Below, in pieces: positions 15,798 through 27,394 of a stretch of DNA of 64,000 bases (position 1 is its first letter; every line of letters starts with the position of its first letter). The stretch lies in assembly GCF_055900595.2 (NCBI RefSeq), contig NZ_CM148325.1; one strand, written 5' to 3'. A program made the position numbers and the translations under genes. A model generated the notes under the pieces. It had not been told where the DNA came from. It was given only the letters and a program-made list of their open reading frames with translations, and ran no database searches.

Positions 15798-16559
15798 ATG
15801 CCCGATCAAACACAACAATTTTCGTTCAAGGTGCTCACCATCAATATTCACAAAGGCTTTACCGCGTTTAACCGACGCTTCATTTTGCCGGAACTTCGCG
15901 ACGCCGTGCGCACCGTCAGCGCCGATATTGTTTGCCTGCAGGAAGTGATGGGCGCGCACGAAGTTCATCCGCTGCATGTGGAAAACTGGCCCGATACCTC
16001 GCACTACGAGTTTCTCGCCGACACTATGTGGAGCGATTTTGCCTACGGTCGCAATGCGGTGTATCCCGAAGGGCATCACGGAAATGCGGTACTGTCACGC
16101 TATCCCATTGAACATTATGAGAATCGCGATGTTTCGGTCGATGGTGCGGAAAAACGTGGCGTGCTCTACTGCCGTATTGTGCCGCCGATGACCGGGAAAG
16201 CGATTCATGTGATGTGCGTACATCTGGGCCTGCGTGAAGCGCACCGTCAGGCGCAGCTTGCGATGCTCGCTGAATGGGTGAATGAGCTGCCGGACGGCGA
16301 ACCGGTATTAGTGGCGGGTGATTTCAACGACTGGCGGCAAAAAGCCAATCATCCCTTAAAAGTGCAGGCCGGGCTGGATGAGATTTTTACCCGCGCCCAC
16401 GGACGCCCGGCGCGCACGTTTCCGGTGCAATTTCCTCTACTACGACTGGACAGGATCTATGTCAAAAATGCCAGCGCCAGCGCGCCAACCGCGTTGCCGC
16501 TGCGGACATGGCGACACCTTTCTGATCATGCCCCTTTAAGTGCGGAGATTCATTTATGA
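15798..16559 (+). CDS. ybhP: Endonuclease/exonuclease/phosphatase family protein YbhP
   Basis: 253 aa ORF ([34 protein letters not shown]...). First gene of ybhP-clsB-ybhN; its stop overlaps the clsB start (ATGA). Confidence 0.9.
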
Positions 16560-17797
16560 AATGTAGCTGGCGCGAAGGCAATAAGATCCAGTTGCTGGAA
16601 AACGGCGAGCAATATTATCCCGCGGTGTTTAAGGCGATTGGCGAGGCGCAAGAACGCATCATTCTTGAAACGTTTATCTGGTTTGAGGATGACGTCGGCA
16701 AACAGCTGCATGCGGCGCTACTGGCAGCAGCGCAACGCGGGGTGAAAGCGGAAGTCTTGCTGGATGGCTACGGTTCGCCGGATCTCAGCGATGAGTTTGT
16801 CAATGAACTGACGGCAGCTGGCGTGGTGTTCCGCTACTACGATCCCCGCCCTCGCCTTTTTGGTATGCGCACCAATGTGTTTCGCCGGATGCATCGCAAA
16901 ATTGTGGTGATCGACGCACGTATCGCCTTTATTGGTGGGCTGAATTACTCCGCCGAGCATATGTCCAGCTACGGTCCAGAGGCTAAACAGGATTACGCAG
17001 TGCGCCTTGAAGGGCCGATTGTCGAAGATATTCTCCAGTTTGAACTGGAAAACCTGCCAGGACACAGCGCAGCACGACGCTGGTGGCGACGTCATCACAA
17101 AGCGGAAGAAAACCGCCAGCCGGGAGAAGCGCAGGTATTATTAGTTTGGCGCGATAACGAAGAACATCGCGATGATATCGAACGCCACTATCTGAAAATG
17201 CTCACTCAGGCGCGGCGGGAAGTGATTATCGCCAACGCCTACTTCTTTCCTGGCTATCGATTTTTGCACGCCTTACGTAAAGCGGCACGGCGCGGGGTGC
17301 GGATCAAACTGATCATTCAGGGCGAACCGGATATGCCGATTGTCAGAGTCGGTGCGCGCTTGCTGTATAACTATCTGGTTAAAGGTGGCGTTCAGGTTTT
17401 TGAGTACCGCCGCCGCCCGCTCCACGGTAAAGTGGCATTGATGGACGATCACTGGGCGACGGTAGGGTCCAGTAATCTCGATCCGCTCAGTTTGTCGCTA
17501 AATCTCGAAGCAAACGTCATCATCCACGATCGTCATTTTAACCAGACGCTACGCGATAATCTGAACGGCATCATCGCCGCCGACTGTCAGCAGGTGGATG
17601 AAACCATGCTGCCCAAACGCACCTGGTGGAACCTGACGAAAAGCGTGCTGGCGTTCCACTTTTTACGCCACTTCCCGGCGCTGGTTGGCTGGCTTCCGGC
17701 GCACACGCCGCGTCTGGCGCAGGTTGACCCGCCCGCTCAGCCGACAATGGAAACTCAGGATCGGATAGAAACTGAAAATACGGGGGTGAAACCCTGA
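16556..17797 (+). CDS. clsB: Cardiolipin synthase B (YbhO), PLD superfamily
   Basis: 413 aa ORF with two HKD motifs (HRKIVVID..., HGKVALMDD...). Confidence 0.92.
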
Positions 17798-18753
17798 TGA
17801 GTAAATCACGCCCGCGCTGGCGCTTAGCAAAGAAGATCCTCACCTGGCTGTTTTTTATCGCAGTGATTGTGTTGCTGGTGATCTACGCCAAAAAGGTAGA
17901 CTGGGAAGAGGTCTGGAAGGTCATCCGCGATTACAATCGCGTTGCGTTGCTCAGTGCGATTGGGCTGGTGGTCGTCAGCTATCTGATATATGGCTGCTAT
18001 GATCTGCTCGCCCGCTTCTACTGCGGTCACAAACTGGCGAAGCGCCAGGTGATGCTGGTGTCGTTTATCTGCTACGCCTTCAACCTGACGCTCAGTACCT
18101 GGGTCGGCGGCATAGGTATGCGCTATCGTTTGTACTCCCGGCTAGGGTTACCGGGCAGCACTATTACGCGGATTTTCTCGCTCAGTATTACCACCAACTG
18201 GCTGGGCTATATTTTGCTGGCCGGGATTATCTTTACCGCAGGCGTGGTGGAGCTGCCGGACCACTGGTATGTCGATCAAACTACGCTGCGTATTCTCGGC
18301 ATTGGCTTACTGCTGATTATCGCGGTTTATTTGTGGTTTTGCGCTTTCGCGAAGCACCGCCATATGACCATCAAAGGGCAAAAGCTGGTGCTGCCTTCAT
18401 GGAAATTCGCCCTCGCCCAGATGCTGATTTCCAGCGTTAACTGGATGGTAATGGGAGCGATTATCTGGCTGTTGCTGGGTCAAAACGTGAACTATTTCTT
18501 TGTACTGGGCGTGTTGCTGGTAAGCAGTATTGCCGGCGTAATTGTGCATATTCCAGCAGGAATTGGGGTGCTGGAAGCAGTGTTTATTGCGCTACTGGCA
18601 GGGGAACATACATCAAAAGGAACGATTATCGCCGCCCTGCTCGCTTACCGTGTTCTGTATTACTTTATCCCACTGCTGCTGGCGCTGATCTGTTACCTGT
18701 TACTGGAAAGCCAGGCGAAGAAGCTACGGGCGAAAAATGAAGCGGCGATGTGA
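17797..18753 (+). CDS. ybhN: Inner membrane protein YbhN (LPG-synthase-TM / flippase-like)
   Basis: 318 aa polytopic ORF, coupled to the clsB stop. Confidence 0.88.
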   Translation: MSKSRPRWRLAKKILTWLFFIAVIVLLVIYAKKVDWEEVWKVIRDYNRVALLSAIGLVVVSYLIYGCYDLLARFYCGHKLAKRQVMLVSFICYAFNLTLSTWVGGIGMRYRLYSRLGLPGSTITRIFSLSITTNWLGYILLAGIIFTAGVVELPDHWYVDQTTLRILGIGLLLIIAVYLWFCAFAKHRHMTIKGQKLVLPSWKFALAQMLISSVNWMVMGAIIWLLLGQNVNYFFVLGVLLVSSIAGVIVHIPAGIGVLEAVFIALLAGEHTSKGTIIAALLAYRVLYYFIPLLLALICYLLLESQAKKLRAKNEAAM

Positions 18754-18756
18754 AGT

Positions 18757-18978
18757 TCAGTTAAGTTCTTTTGGTTTAAGTTCGGGATGCTGTTTATAGA
18801 TGGGGTTCATGATATCGATTAACATGCGCCCCATAATTTCCCCGACGGCGGAACGATAAATATTAAGCTCAGATTCATCGCAAGCTTGCTGAACATATAA
18901 TACTGATGCATCTAATTGAGAACCAATATTGAGCATTAATGCGCTGATATCTGCTGCCAGAGTCTTATCTTTGAACAT
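18757..18978 (-). CDS. Hypothetical small protein (73 aa from MFKDKTLAADISALMLNIG...)
   Basis: The track ORF is 18757..19020. I chose the internal ATG at 18978, which has GAAAAGG upstream and removes the overlap with the preceding ORF. AT-rich; last gene of the ybhM-side islet. Confidence 0.5.
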   Translation of the reverse strand: MFKDKTLAADISALMLNIGSQLDASVLYVQQACDESELNIYRSAVGEIMGRMLIDIMNPIYKQHPELKPKELN

Positions 18979-18991
18979 TTTATAAACCTTT

Positions 18992-19348
18992 TCAATTTCT
19001 AAACATAAAAGATACTGCATGTTCCATTTTATTACCTACGGGATAATTATCTTTTATTGCATATGTAAAATCACTTGTTTTGATTATTAAGTTTTTTATA
19101 GCATCATCAAGATACTCAGGAACTAATGATTCAATATTTTCAAGATCACAACCAAGATCAATTATCTCTATTAGCTCTTTATCACAATCATTTTTGTGTA
19201 AAAGCCTGGAAATAAAAGGTCTGAAAACTAGTAGTTCAGATTCATCTATAGTTATCGTGCCTTCTTTCAAGGAATGTAACACTCCTGAAAGCAGTATAGC
19301 CATAAATTTATCCATATATTTATTATCGATGGTACAAACTAACTGCAT
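18992..19348 (-). CDS. Hypothetical small acidic protein (118 aa from MQLVCTIDNKYMDKF...)
   Basis: The track ORF is 18992..19360 (GTG). The ATG at 19348 sits 6 nt after GGAG. AT-rich; immediately downstream of ybhM. Confidence 0.55.
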   Translation of the reverse strand: MQLVCTIDNKYMDKFMAILLSGVLHSLKEGTITIDESELLVFRPFISRLLHKNDCDKELIEIIDLGCDLENIESLVPEYLDDAIKNLIIKTSDFTYAIKDNYPVGNKMEHAVSFMFRN

Positions 19349-19406
19349 GATATTCTCCACTATTGTATTTCAGATACTACATTTCTAAACGTAAGTCGAA
19401 AGTGCG

Positions 19407-20120
19407 TTAAATATGAAACCGCGTATGCCTTTGCCAGACAAGTGTTATCGCTATTGCTGCAAGTATCCCAAAGAAGCCGATAAAATAGTAATAGAGTGTT
19501 AATGCACCTGTAAAAGCGCAACGAACCGGACTCCACAACTCTTCGCTATGGCATTTTCCTGCCAGTTCAAGGAGCTTATTTCGTCCATGCGAGATAATGC
19601 CTGACCATAAAAAAATCATTAAGCAACTTATTACCCAAATGGGCCGTTCACTCATTAATGCGGCATTCACGATGATCACCAGGGCCAACCCTGTCAACGT
19701 CATCATAATGATAAAACGATGAGAACCAGGATCAACATTAAATAATAAACCGGCCAGCATACTGATTAAAAACATCGCGCCCGCAGTGCTGAACACAAGG
19801 ATAATGGCAGATACAGGAGCTAAAATAGCAACGACAATCGCCACCAAAGAGATTAAAAACAGATACATTACGCCTGCGATGGCGGCATTTATCTTGTTGA
19901 TATCTTTACTTAAGCCATACATACAAAGTAATAATAATCCTATGACAACATACATTGGTGGTGAATCATATTTGGTTGCCGTAATTTCGAGATAATTAGC
20001 TATCCAGGCCAGTCCTGCGGTTGCCGCCAAACCGACAGCGGTAATGAGCCATATGGCATTTAATATCCTGGCCTCGTACTGAAAATCATTAGTTATGTTT
20101 TTTGATGAGTACGATTTCAT
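19407..20120 (-). CDS. ybhM: YbhM, BAX-inhibitor-1/YccA (TMBIM)-like inner membrane protein
   Basis: ORF contains MKSYSSKNITNDFQYEARILNAIWLITAVGLAATAGLAW...TLVWQRHTRF, matching recalled YbhM. Start trimmed to give 237 aa. Confidence 0.85.
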   Translation of the reverse strand: MKSYSSKNITNDFQYEARILNAIWLITAVGLAATAGLAWIANYLEITATKYDSPPMYVVIGLLLLCMYGLSKDINKINAAIAGVMYLFLISLVAIVVAILAPVSAIILVFSTAGAMFLISMLAGLLFNVDPGSHRFIIMMTLTGLALVIIVNAALMSERPIWVISCLMIFLWSGIISHGRNKLLELAGKCHSEELWSPVRCAFTGALTLYYYFIGFFGILAAIAITLVWQRHTRFHI

Positions 20121-20189
20121 TATTTTTATATCCTTAAGTTGAATATCAATATCTATTGCAATTAACGCAAAAAAACTCATCAATTCACG

Positions 20190-20930
20190 CTACCACACTA
20201 AACCATTAATAAAGTCAAGAACCGTTACAGCAAGTCTAAAAAGGACGCTTAGGATACTGAAATAGAGTGTTATTGCCCCTACAACAATACAGCGAAGAAC
20301 ACCTGAAAATTCAGAGTTGTCGGCAACACGGATCAAATCTTCCAGTGTTGTTGCTTCACAGGCAGCCGTAACGCCCCAGATAACGACAGTCAAAATACTC
20401 GCTAACCATACGGAAAAACTGCTGGTAAGAATCAGGTTAACAACAAAAGCAATACTCAAACCACAGAAGATATATAAACATAACTGTCTAACTGGTGGGA
20501 TAACCCTATTAATACAACAGCATATTAGCGCCATAGCGGCAAACATCCCTCCCGTAATTCCCATTACCCTCGCTATGCTCGAAAAGGTAAAAAGTCTGGA
20601 GAAGAGAAAGCCATTAAGCAGGATTATTAGCAGATAGACCAGACATGCGCCTGATGCCTCGAGCCTTTTCAGGGCATCGTTTAACCAGAAACCAATTATT
20701 ATCAGCGCAGATAAAGCGAAGACAAACGCGCCTGGAGATTCTAGTGAAGCAACCCAATGCAAGTGCTGAAATATCCAAGCACAGCCTGCCGTAGCCCATA
20801 CTCCAGCAGCTGTTAACCACCAAATGAGGAACAGCATTTTGCTGAGCGAAGCGCTTTTTTGCTGTAATTGAGTAGCAGTGGATCGTCTGTTCAAATGCGT
20901 TATCTGCCCCTGAAATTGCGTAGTGGACAT
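20190..20930 (-). CDS. Additional YbhM-like polytopic membrane protein (246 aa), tandem paralog
   Basis: Collinear with YbhM (IWWLTAAGVWATAGCAWIF vs IWLITAVGLAATAGLAWI; GAITLYFSILSVLF vs GALTLYYYFIGFFG). I do not recall a gene between ybhL and ybhM in K-12. Confidence 0.75.
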   Translation of the reverse strand: MSTTQFQGQITHLNRRSTATQLQQKSASLSKMLFLIWWLTAAGVWATAGCAWIFQHLHWVASLESPGAFVFALSALIIIGFWLNDALKRLEASGACLVYLLIILLNGFLFSRLFTFSSIARVMGITGGMFAAMALICCCINRVIPPVRQLCLYIFCGLSIAFVVNLILTSSFSVWLASILTVVIWGVTAACEATTLEDLIRVADNSEFSGVLRCIVVGAITLYFSILSVLFRLAVTVLDFINGLVW

Positions 20931-21038
20931 AGTCTGGCATTTGCGGCGATTCAGTTCTCATGTAAATGAGCGGAATAGTCTTTATAAAATCCGAAAAAAA
21001 TCCCGACACATGGCCGGGATATTGATGGTGAAAAAGAA

Positions 21039-21743
21039 TTAACGGCGGTTGCCGAAGATCCGCAACAACATCAGGAACAAGTTGATGAAGTCCAGATACA
21101 AGGTTAACGCGCCAAGAATGGAATATTTGCGCAGGTTCGACGTATCGCGGGTATCAATCTGCTCACCCATATTTTTCAGTTTCTGCGTGTCATACGCCGT
21201 CAATCCGACAAAGACAATCACGCCGATGTAGGTAACCGCCCACATCAACGCTTCGCTTTTCAGCCAGAAGTTAACCAGCGATGCCAGCACAATGCCGATT
21301 AACGCCATAAACAGCATATTGCCAAAGCCGCTTAGATCACGTTTGGTGGTGTAACCGTACAGGCTCATTGCGCCGAACATCCCGGCAGTAACGACGAAAG
21401 TACTGGCAATCGAGGCGGCGGTATAGACAATGAAAATACTGGAAAGCGTAAGACCCGTCAGCGCCGAATAAAGCATAAAGAGCATCGTCGTTACACCTGC
21501 GCTCAGCTTTTGAATCATCGCTGACAACACAATAACCAATGCTAATTGCGCGATGATCAGACCGATTAAAAAGACACGGTTAGTGAACAACAGCTCCATC
21601 ACGGCCGCGGAATTAGCCGCATACCAGGCAACAAATGCGGTCAGCAACAAGCCAACGGTCATCCAGCCATAGACTTGCGCCATATAAGTTTGCAAGCCAG
21701 CCCGGGGTTGTACAATTGAATCAGAACGTGGGAATCTGTCCAT
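21039..21743 (-). CDS. ybhL: YbhL, BAX-inhibitor-1/YccA family inner membrane protein
   Basis: 234 aa ORF (MDRFPRSDSIVQPRAGLQTYMAQVYGWMTVGLLLTAFVAWY...). Confidence 0.9.
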   Translation of the reverse strand: MDRFPRSDSIVQPRAGLQTYMAQVYGWMTVGLLLTAFVAWYAANSAAVMELLFTNRVFLIGLIIAQLALVIVLSAMIQKLSAGVTTMLFMLYSALTGLTLSSIFIVYTAASIASTFVVTAGMFGAMSLYGYTTKRDLSGFGNMLFMALIGIVLASLVNFWLKSEALMWAVTYIGVIVFVGLTAYDTQKLKNMGEQIDTRDTSNLRKYSILGALTLYLDFINLFLMLLRIFGNRR

Positions 21744-21841
21744 GACGATCTCCTGAAGATATAAGGAATATCTTAAGGATACTGCAAATGATGAGGCTGT
21801 GCATCGACGCAGCGTAAACGCATATACTGAGCGGTGAAATT

Positions 21842-21869
21842 GCCGGACGCAGCGGTGCCTTATCCGGCT
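21842..21869. repeat. REP (repetitive extragenic palindrome) element
   Basis: gccggacgcagcggtgccttatccggc resembles the REP consensus GCCGGATGCGGCG...CCTTATCCGGC. It lies between ybhL and moaE. Confidence 0.7.
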
Positions 21870-21878
21870 AACAAAAAA

Positions 21879-22331
21879 CTACCAGCGTTTTGCTGCCTGC
21901 TGATCGCTCTCCCGGGCTTCAACCCAGCGGTCGCCTTCCGGCGTGGCTTCGCGCTTCCAGAACGGTGCGCGGGTTTTGAGATAGTCCATAATAAACTGCC
22001 CGGCTTCAAACGCACTGCTGCGATGCGCACTGGTGACACCGACAAAAACGATTTCATCGCCCGGCCATAATTCCCCGATGCGGTGAATCACAGTGACGCG
22101 CCCCAGCGGCCAGCGGTTACGCGCTTCATCGACAATTTCTGCCAGTGCTTTTTCAGTCATCCCCGGATAGTGTTCGAGGGTTAATGCTTTGACGCTGTCG
22201 CCCAGGTTATGGTTGCGCACCTTACCGGTAAAGGTGACTACCGCACCGTCTTCGTCACGCTCAGCCAGCCACGGGTACTCTTCTCCTACACTGAACGGCT
22301 GCGGGCCGACAACAATTTTGGTTTCTGCCAT
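21879..22331 (-). CDS. moaE: Molybdopterin synthase catalytic subunit MoaE
   Basis: 150 aa ORF (MAETKIVVGPQPFSVGEEYPWLAERDEDGAVVTFTGKVRNHN...). Confidence 0.93.
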   Translation of the reverse strand: MAETKIVVGPQPFSVGEEYPWLAERDEDGAVVTFTGKVRNHNLGDSVKALTLEHYPGMTEKALAEIVDEARNRWPLGRVTVIHRIGELWPGDEIVFVGVTSAHRSSAFEAGQFIMDYLKTRAPFWKREATPEGDRWVEARESDQQAAKRW

Positions 22332-22332
22332 T

Positions 22333-22578
22333 TTAACCTCCGGTCACCGGCGGGAAGAAAGCCACTTCGTCGCCGTCAGTCAGCGGATGGTCAAAACTCA
22401 CCAGCGTCTGGTTGACGGCAGCCAGCAATTTGCCATCTTCCAGCGCCAGCGCCCAGCGATCGCTCTGCGCAGCCAGATGTTGGCGTAACGCTTCAACGGT
22501 TGGGAAATCCGCAGCCACTTCGCTTGCATCTGTTCCCACCAACTCGCGCACCTGGGCGAAAAAAAGAACTTTAATCAT
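22333..22578 (-). CDS. moaD: Molybdopterin synthase sulfur-carrier subunit MoaD (81 aa)
   Basis: ORF contains [17 protein letters not shown]...FFPPVTGG with the C-terminal GG. Start trimmed to that Met. Confidence 0.92.
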
Positions 22579-23056
22579 CCGCTTCCACCTTAAAGTCACC
22601 TGACTTGCCGCCGCTCTTCGCCAGCAAACGTACCGGACCAATTACCATATCTTTTTGCACCGCTTTGCACATGTCATAAATGGTCAGCGCCGCCACCGAG
22701 GCCGCGGTTAACGCTTCCATTTCAACGCCGGTTTTCCCGGTCAGGCGGCATAAGGTTTCTATACGCACCCGATTGTGCTCCGGCTCGGCCTGCAAATTGA
22801 CTTCAACTTTACTGAGCATCAGCGGATGACAAAGCGGGATCAAATCCCATGTGCGTTTTGCTGCCTGAATACCGGCAATACGCGCAGTGGCAAATACGTC
22901 GCCTTTGTGGTGGCGACCATCAATGATCATCGCCAGCGTCTCGCTGCGCATGGTGACAAAGGCTTCGGCGCGCGCTTCACGCACGGTTTCCGCTTTGGCG
23001 GAAACATCCACCATGTGCGCTTCGCCAGCGGCGTTGATATGAGTCAGTTGCGACAT
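22571..23056 (-). CDS. moaC: Cyclic pyranopterin monophosphate synthase MoaC
   Basis: 161 aa ORF ([34 protein letters not shown]...). Confidence 0.93.
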
Positions 23057-23058
23057 AC

Positions 23059-23571
23059 TTATTTCTTCAAATGTGGATGGAAATTACACGGACGCGTACG
23101 GGCATCCAGCTGCGGTGCGATGATATTTTCCCAGGCGGTACGGCACGCTTTGGTTGAACCGGGCATGGCGAAAATTAGCGTTTTGTTAGCGACGCCCGCT
23201 ACCGCACGAGATTGCAACGTTGAGGTGCCAATCTCTTCGAACGACAACATCCGGAACACTTCACCAAAACCTTCAACTTCACGGTCGAACAACGGCAGCA
23301 GTGCTTCGGGAGCCTGATCACCTTCCGTCAGGCCAGTACCCCCCGTAATCAACACCACTTGTACATCGTCGCTGGCGATCCACGCAGATACCTGAGCGCG
23401 AATAGCGTAGCGGTTTTCTTTCACAATGGCTTTATCGACAACGTGATGGCCCGCTTCTTGCGCCGAATCGCGCAGATAGTGACCGGAGGTATCGTCTTCT
23501 TCACCGCGACGATTAGAAACCGTAAGAATAGCAATACGGGTCGGGATAAATTCAGTGCTTACCTGACTCAT
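23059..23571 (-). CDS. moaB: Molybdenum cofactor biosynthesis protein MoaB
   Basis: 170 aa ORF ([33 protein letters not shown]...). Confidence 0.93.
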
Positions 23572-23592
23572 CTGATCTCTCCTTTTGACGTT

Positions 23593-24582
23593 TTAGCCGC
23601 CAATGTACGATAAGTTTTGCGTAATACCGGTGTTATTTTGATGCAGGAAATGGGTCTGTTTTTTCTCCCGCAGCGCCGCTGAAATACGTGCTTCCAGCGC
23701 CTGTTGCTGGGTATCGTCTTCCAGTAAATCGCGCAGGTTAACGCCGCCTTCACCGAACAGGCAGAGATGGAGTTTACCAATGGAGGAGACGCGCAGGCGG
23801 TTGCAAGTGGCGCAGAAGTCTTTTTCATACGGCATGATAAGGCCAATTTCTCCGGCGTAATCCGGATGACAAAAGACTTGCGCGGGACCGTCGCTGCGTT
23901 GACGTAATTGGTGGATCCAACCGCGACGCAGTAGCTCGTCACGCAGAACCTGCCCAGAGATATGATGCTTGCGGAAAAGCTCGCTGCCCTCGCCCGTTTC
24001 CATCAGTTCGATGAAACGCAGCTGGATGGGGCGATGCTGGATCCAGTTCAGAAAGGTGTCGAGTTGGTGATGATTAACATCACGCATCAGCACGGTATTG
24101 ACTTTGACCTTCTCAAAACCGGCCTCAAATGCAGCATCGATCCCTGCCATGACCTGATTGAATTTATCCTGTCCGGTAATAGCATGAAACTGGCGAGCGT
24201 CGAGGCTATCGACACTCACGTTGATACCAGTAAGACCAGCATCACGCCAGTTCGCCACGTCGCGTTCCAGACGGTAACCATTGGTGGTGACCGCTATCTG
24301 GCGAATAGCGTCGTTTTCTCGCACAGCGGCGATGATATCGGTAAAGTCGCGACGCAAAGACGGCTCTCCGCCCGTCAGACGGACTTTTTCGGTGCCCAGA
24401 CTGGCGAAGGCGCGCGTAACCCGGCGAATTTCATCGACGGTAAGAAAGCCTTTATTGGTGACGCCGCTCGGTTTGTAGCCATCCGGCAGGCAGTAGGTGC
24501 AACGGAAGTTACACACATCGGTAATCGACAGGCGCAAGTAGTAAAACTTACGCGCAAATGCATCAGTCAGTTGTGAAGCCAT
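23593..24582 (-). CDS. moaA: GTP 3',8-cyclase MoaA (radical SAM, 329 aa)
   Basis: ORF contains [33 protein letters not shown]... and ends ...NLSYIGG. Start trimmed to the ATG at 24582. Confidence 0.93.
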
Positions 24583-24718
24583 GTACACCTTTCCAGATAC
24601 GGGAGGCGAAGTCATTTCTTCCTTCGCCCTGGTGGCAATCTTTGTAAGCATTGTCACGGCCAAAGCACCATATCAGTTGACCCAGGTGCAGAGGCTAGAG
24701 TGTTTAGTGGTTAAGCCG
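24583..24718 (-). ncRNA. Moco (molybdenum cofactor) riboswitch in the moaA leader
   Basis: The minus-strand leader reads ...ccactaaacactctagcctctgcacctgggtcaactgata...gccaccagggcgaaggaagaaatgacttcgcctcccgtatctggaaaggtgtacATG. This matches my recollection of the E. coli moaA Moco RNA, including sequestration of the GGAAAGG RBS. Confidence 0.75.
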
Positions 24719-24964
24719 ATACTAGCGTGTAAATGTGATTTTTACCATCCACACTTTCGCTATGTAATCATGTATATAGCGTCATGATCGTGCTATTTCG
24801 CTACAGAATAAGGGAAAATGGCGGTTTTACTTTGATATACATCATCAGGGAGGCATAGCGTGCATCGTCCTTTAGAGGTAGAAGAAAATAGTTTGTATCC
24901 TCAATATTGGCAGGTTAATTGCTGTTTCCCCGCAATTTGCGCTACTGTAGCGCGGAAAATCTGA

Positions 24965-25888
<924 letters not shown>

Positions 25889-25919
25889 GCGCCTGTGCCG
25901 GGGGCAGAAAAATACGACT

Positions 25920-25967
25920 GTGACTATGGCGTTTTAAATTATAGAAGGCCATAGTCACCTTTTTTTG
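25920..25967 (+). terminator. Rho-independent terminator after ybhK
   Basis: Stem gtgactatggc/gccatagtcac (25920-25930 / 25948-25958), followed by ctttttttgg. Confidence 0.75.
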
Positions 25968-26063
25968 GCACAACCCCATTGTTAGCAGCTCATTTATCTT
26001 TCCACTTTCTGGAATTTAGTTTTGCTTCTTGATGTTTCTTGTGCCATGACTATTCTAAAAATG

Positions 26064-27332
26064 TTATAATCCCCATGCTTTGGGAGCCACCGAATCTAAA
26101 TATTTATCAATATGATGAGAACGAGTATAATCTGCTATATTTTTTGATAAAATGGCCGTGCAATTTAAACCAGAGCCTAATCCCAGTAGTACCGTTAACC
26201 AGTTATCCAGAGCTTCAGATTCAACAATCGAGTTTTCCAGTTCATATGCTTTTAGTAAAAGAGCAGCAGAGTAAATTCTGAGGATTTGCGGAGAATTGTA
26301 TTCCGTTCCTAAACTTGAAGCTGAAGAATATCTTGCGAACACGACAGCAAAACTTATCAGAAGCATTGCTTGTTCCGTTTTATTTGCATTTTCCATTCTG
26401 CAAGCCTTCATTAAATCTTTATAATGGTTTCCCTTAATATTTAAACAAGACTTATACTTCAATAGTTCGCTAACATTCTTTTTTTGTTTTATCTTTTTAT
26501 TTTTACTTAACATTTCGTAACCCGCACCTTCTATAGATTGCGCCTGCAATGAGTAATTATCTATGAGTTTCATAAGAGGCGCAAAAATTTCATTTAATTT
26601 TATTTGTTCATCAATACCATCCATTTTGGTTTGAGAACAACAACTTTGTGATGCAGTGACAAATGGTTCGTATAGATCACCAAGCTGAAGGATTTTGAGA
26701 TAATTTTTTAATAAAATATTATGTTGTGACCGTTTCCATGGGTAGGAAAACACTGGGAATTCGGTCATCAATACGGTATTAAGATTAATATCTGCAAGCG
26801 AGCACACTTGTTCTGGTGCTGCATATAGATAAAAATGGTCCCAGTCCTTATTTTTAATAGTGGTATCCAACATTTTATTTAAGGCATTAGATGAAAGACG
26901 CATTGCACGATTATTTTGCTGTGCTGAAAACAATACGTACCAAGCATCATCATGATCTTGTTGTTTACGCCATTCCGAGAAGTCTGGATAATCATTTCCT
27001 TCAGTATAAGGTTTAACATCCTTATGTTGTAAATATGTTTTATAAATATTATATGCTTTTTCTGCCAATATATTATTTTTACTTTTTAGTGCCAGGTCAG
27101 TCATCATTACATATGCAGTACTAAATGATAACATTAATGTAGGTTGTTCTGTAAAGCGATCTAAATAATAATTAATCCTCTCTTCACTAAGATTAAACAA
27201 AAAAGAAGAAGAGATACAGCAATCAACTGTAATTAATGACAAAATAAAGTTATCAAATATATTTATATCATCATTTTGCAATATATCATTTAATCCCTCT
27301 GGTGGTCTGTTAGACGTATAGTATTTTGCCAA
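26064..27332 (-). CDS. A-family C-terminal-domain ORF A2 (422 codons); probably the 3' part of a split or frameshift-dependent gene
   Basis: Homologous to the C-terminal ~400 aa of A1 (see 3955..5967). The first start codon in the ORF is a TTG with no nearby Shine-Dalgarno. The frame stays open about 30 codons further upstream, to the end of the pentapeptide ORF. Confidence 0.6.
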   Translation of the reverse strand: MAKYYTSNRPPEGLNDILQNDDINIFDNFILSLITVDCCISSSFLFNLSEERINYYLDRFTEQPTLMLSFSTAYVMMTDLALKSKNNILAEKAYNIYKTYLQHKDVKPYTEGNDYPDFSEWRKQQDHDDAWYVLFSAQQNNRAMRLSSNALNKMLDTTIKNKDWDHFYLYAAPEQVCSLADINLNTVLMTEFPVFSYPWKRSQHNILLKNYLKILQLGDLYEPFVTASQSCCSQTKMDGIDEQIKLNEIFAPLMKLIDNYSLQAQSIEGAGYEMLSKNKKIKQKKNVSELLKYKSCLNIKGNHYKDLMKACRMENANKTEQAMLLISFAVVFARYSSASSLGTEYNSPQILRIYSAALLLKAYELENSIVESEALDNWLTVLLGLGSGLNCTAILSKNIADYTRSHHIDKYLDSVAPKAWGL

Positions 27333-27394
27333 GCAATTAATTTCTGATACATCCTTTTTTAATTTTGCAAGGTCATAGATACAATTTTTTGTAC

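Noticed and set aside
20958..20985. Partial match AAATGAGCG to the islet motif, in the gap between ybhL and the YbhM-like paralog.
   Set aside because: Only the first 9 nt match and the rest (GAATAGTCTTT) diverges. The orientation points away from the adjacent gene start. A 9-mer match is expected by chance in a window of this size.
25975..25995. GCTCATTT octamer, part of the reverse complement of the islet motif, at the left edge of islet 3.
   Set aside because: The match is too short to distinguish from chance, and it lies downstream of A2 rather than upstream of any gene.
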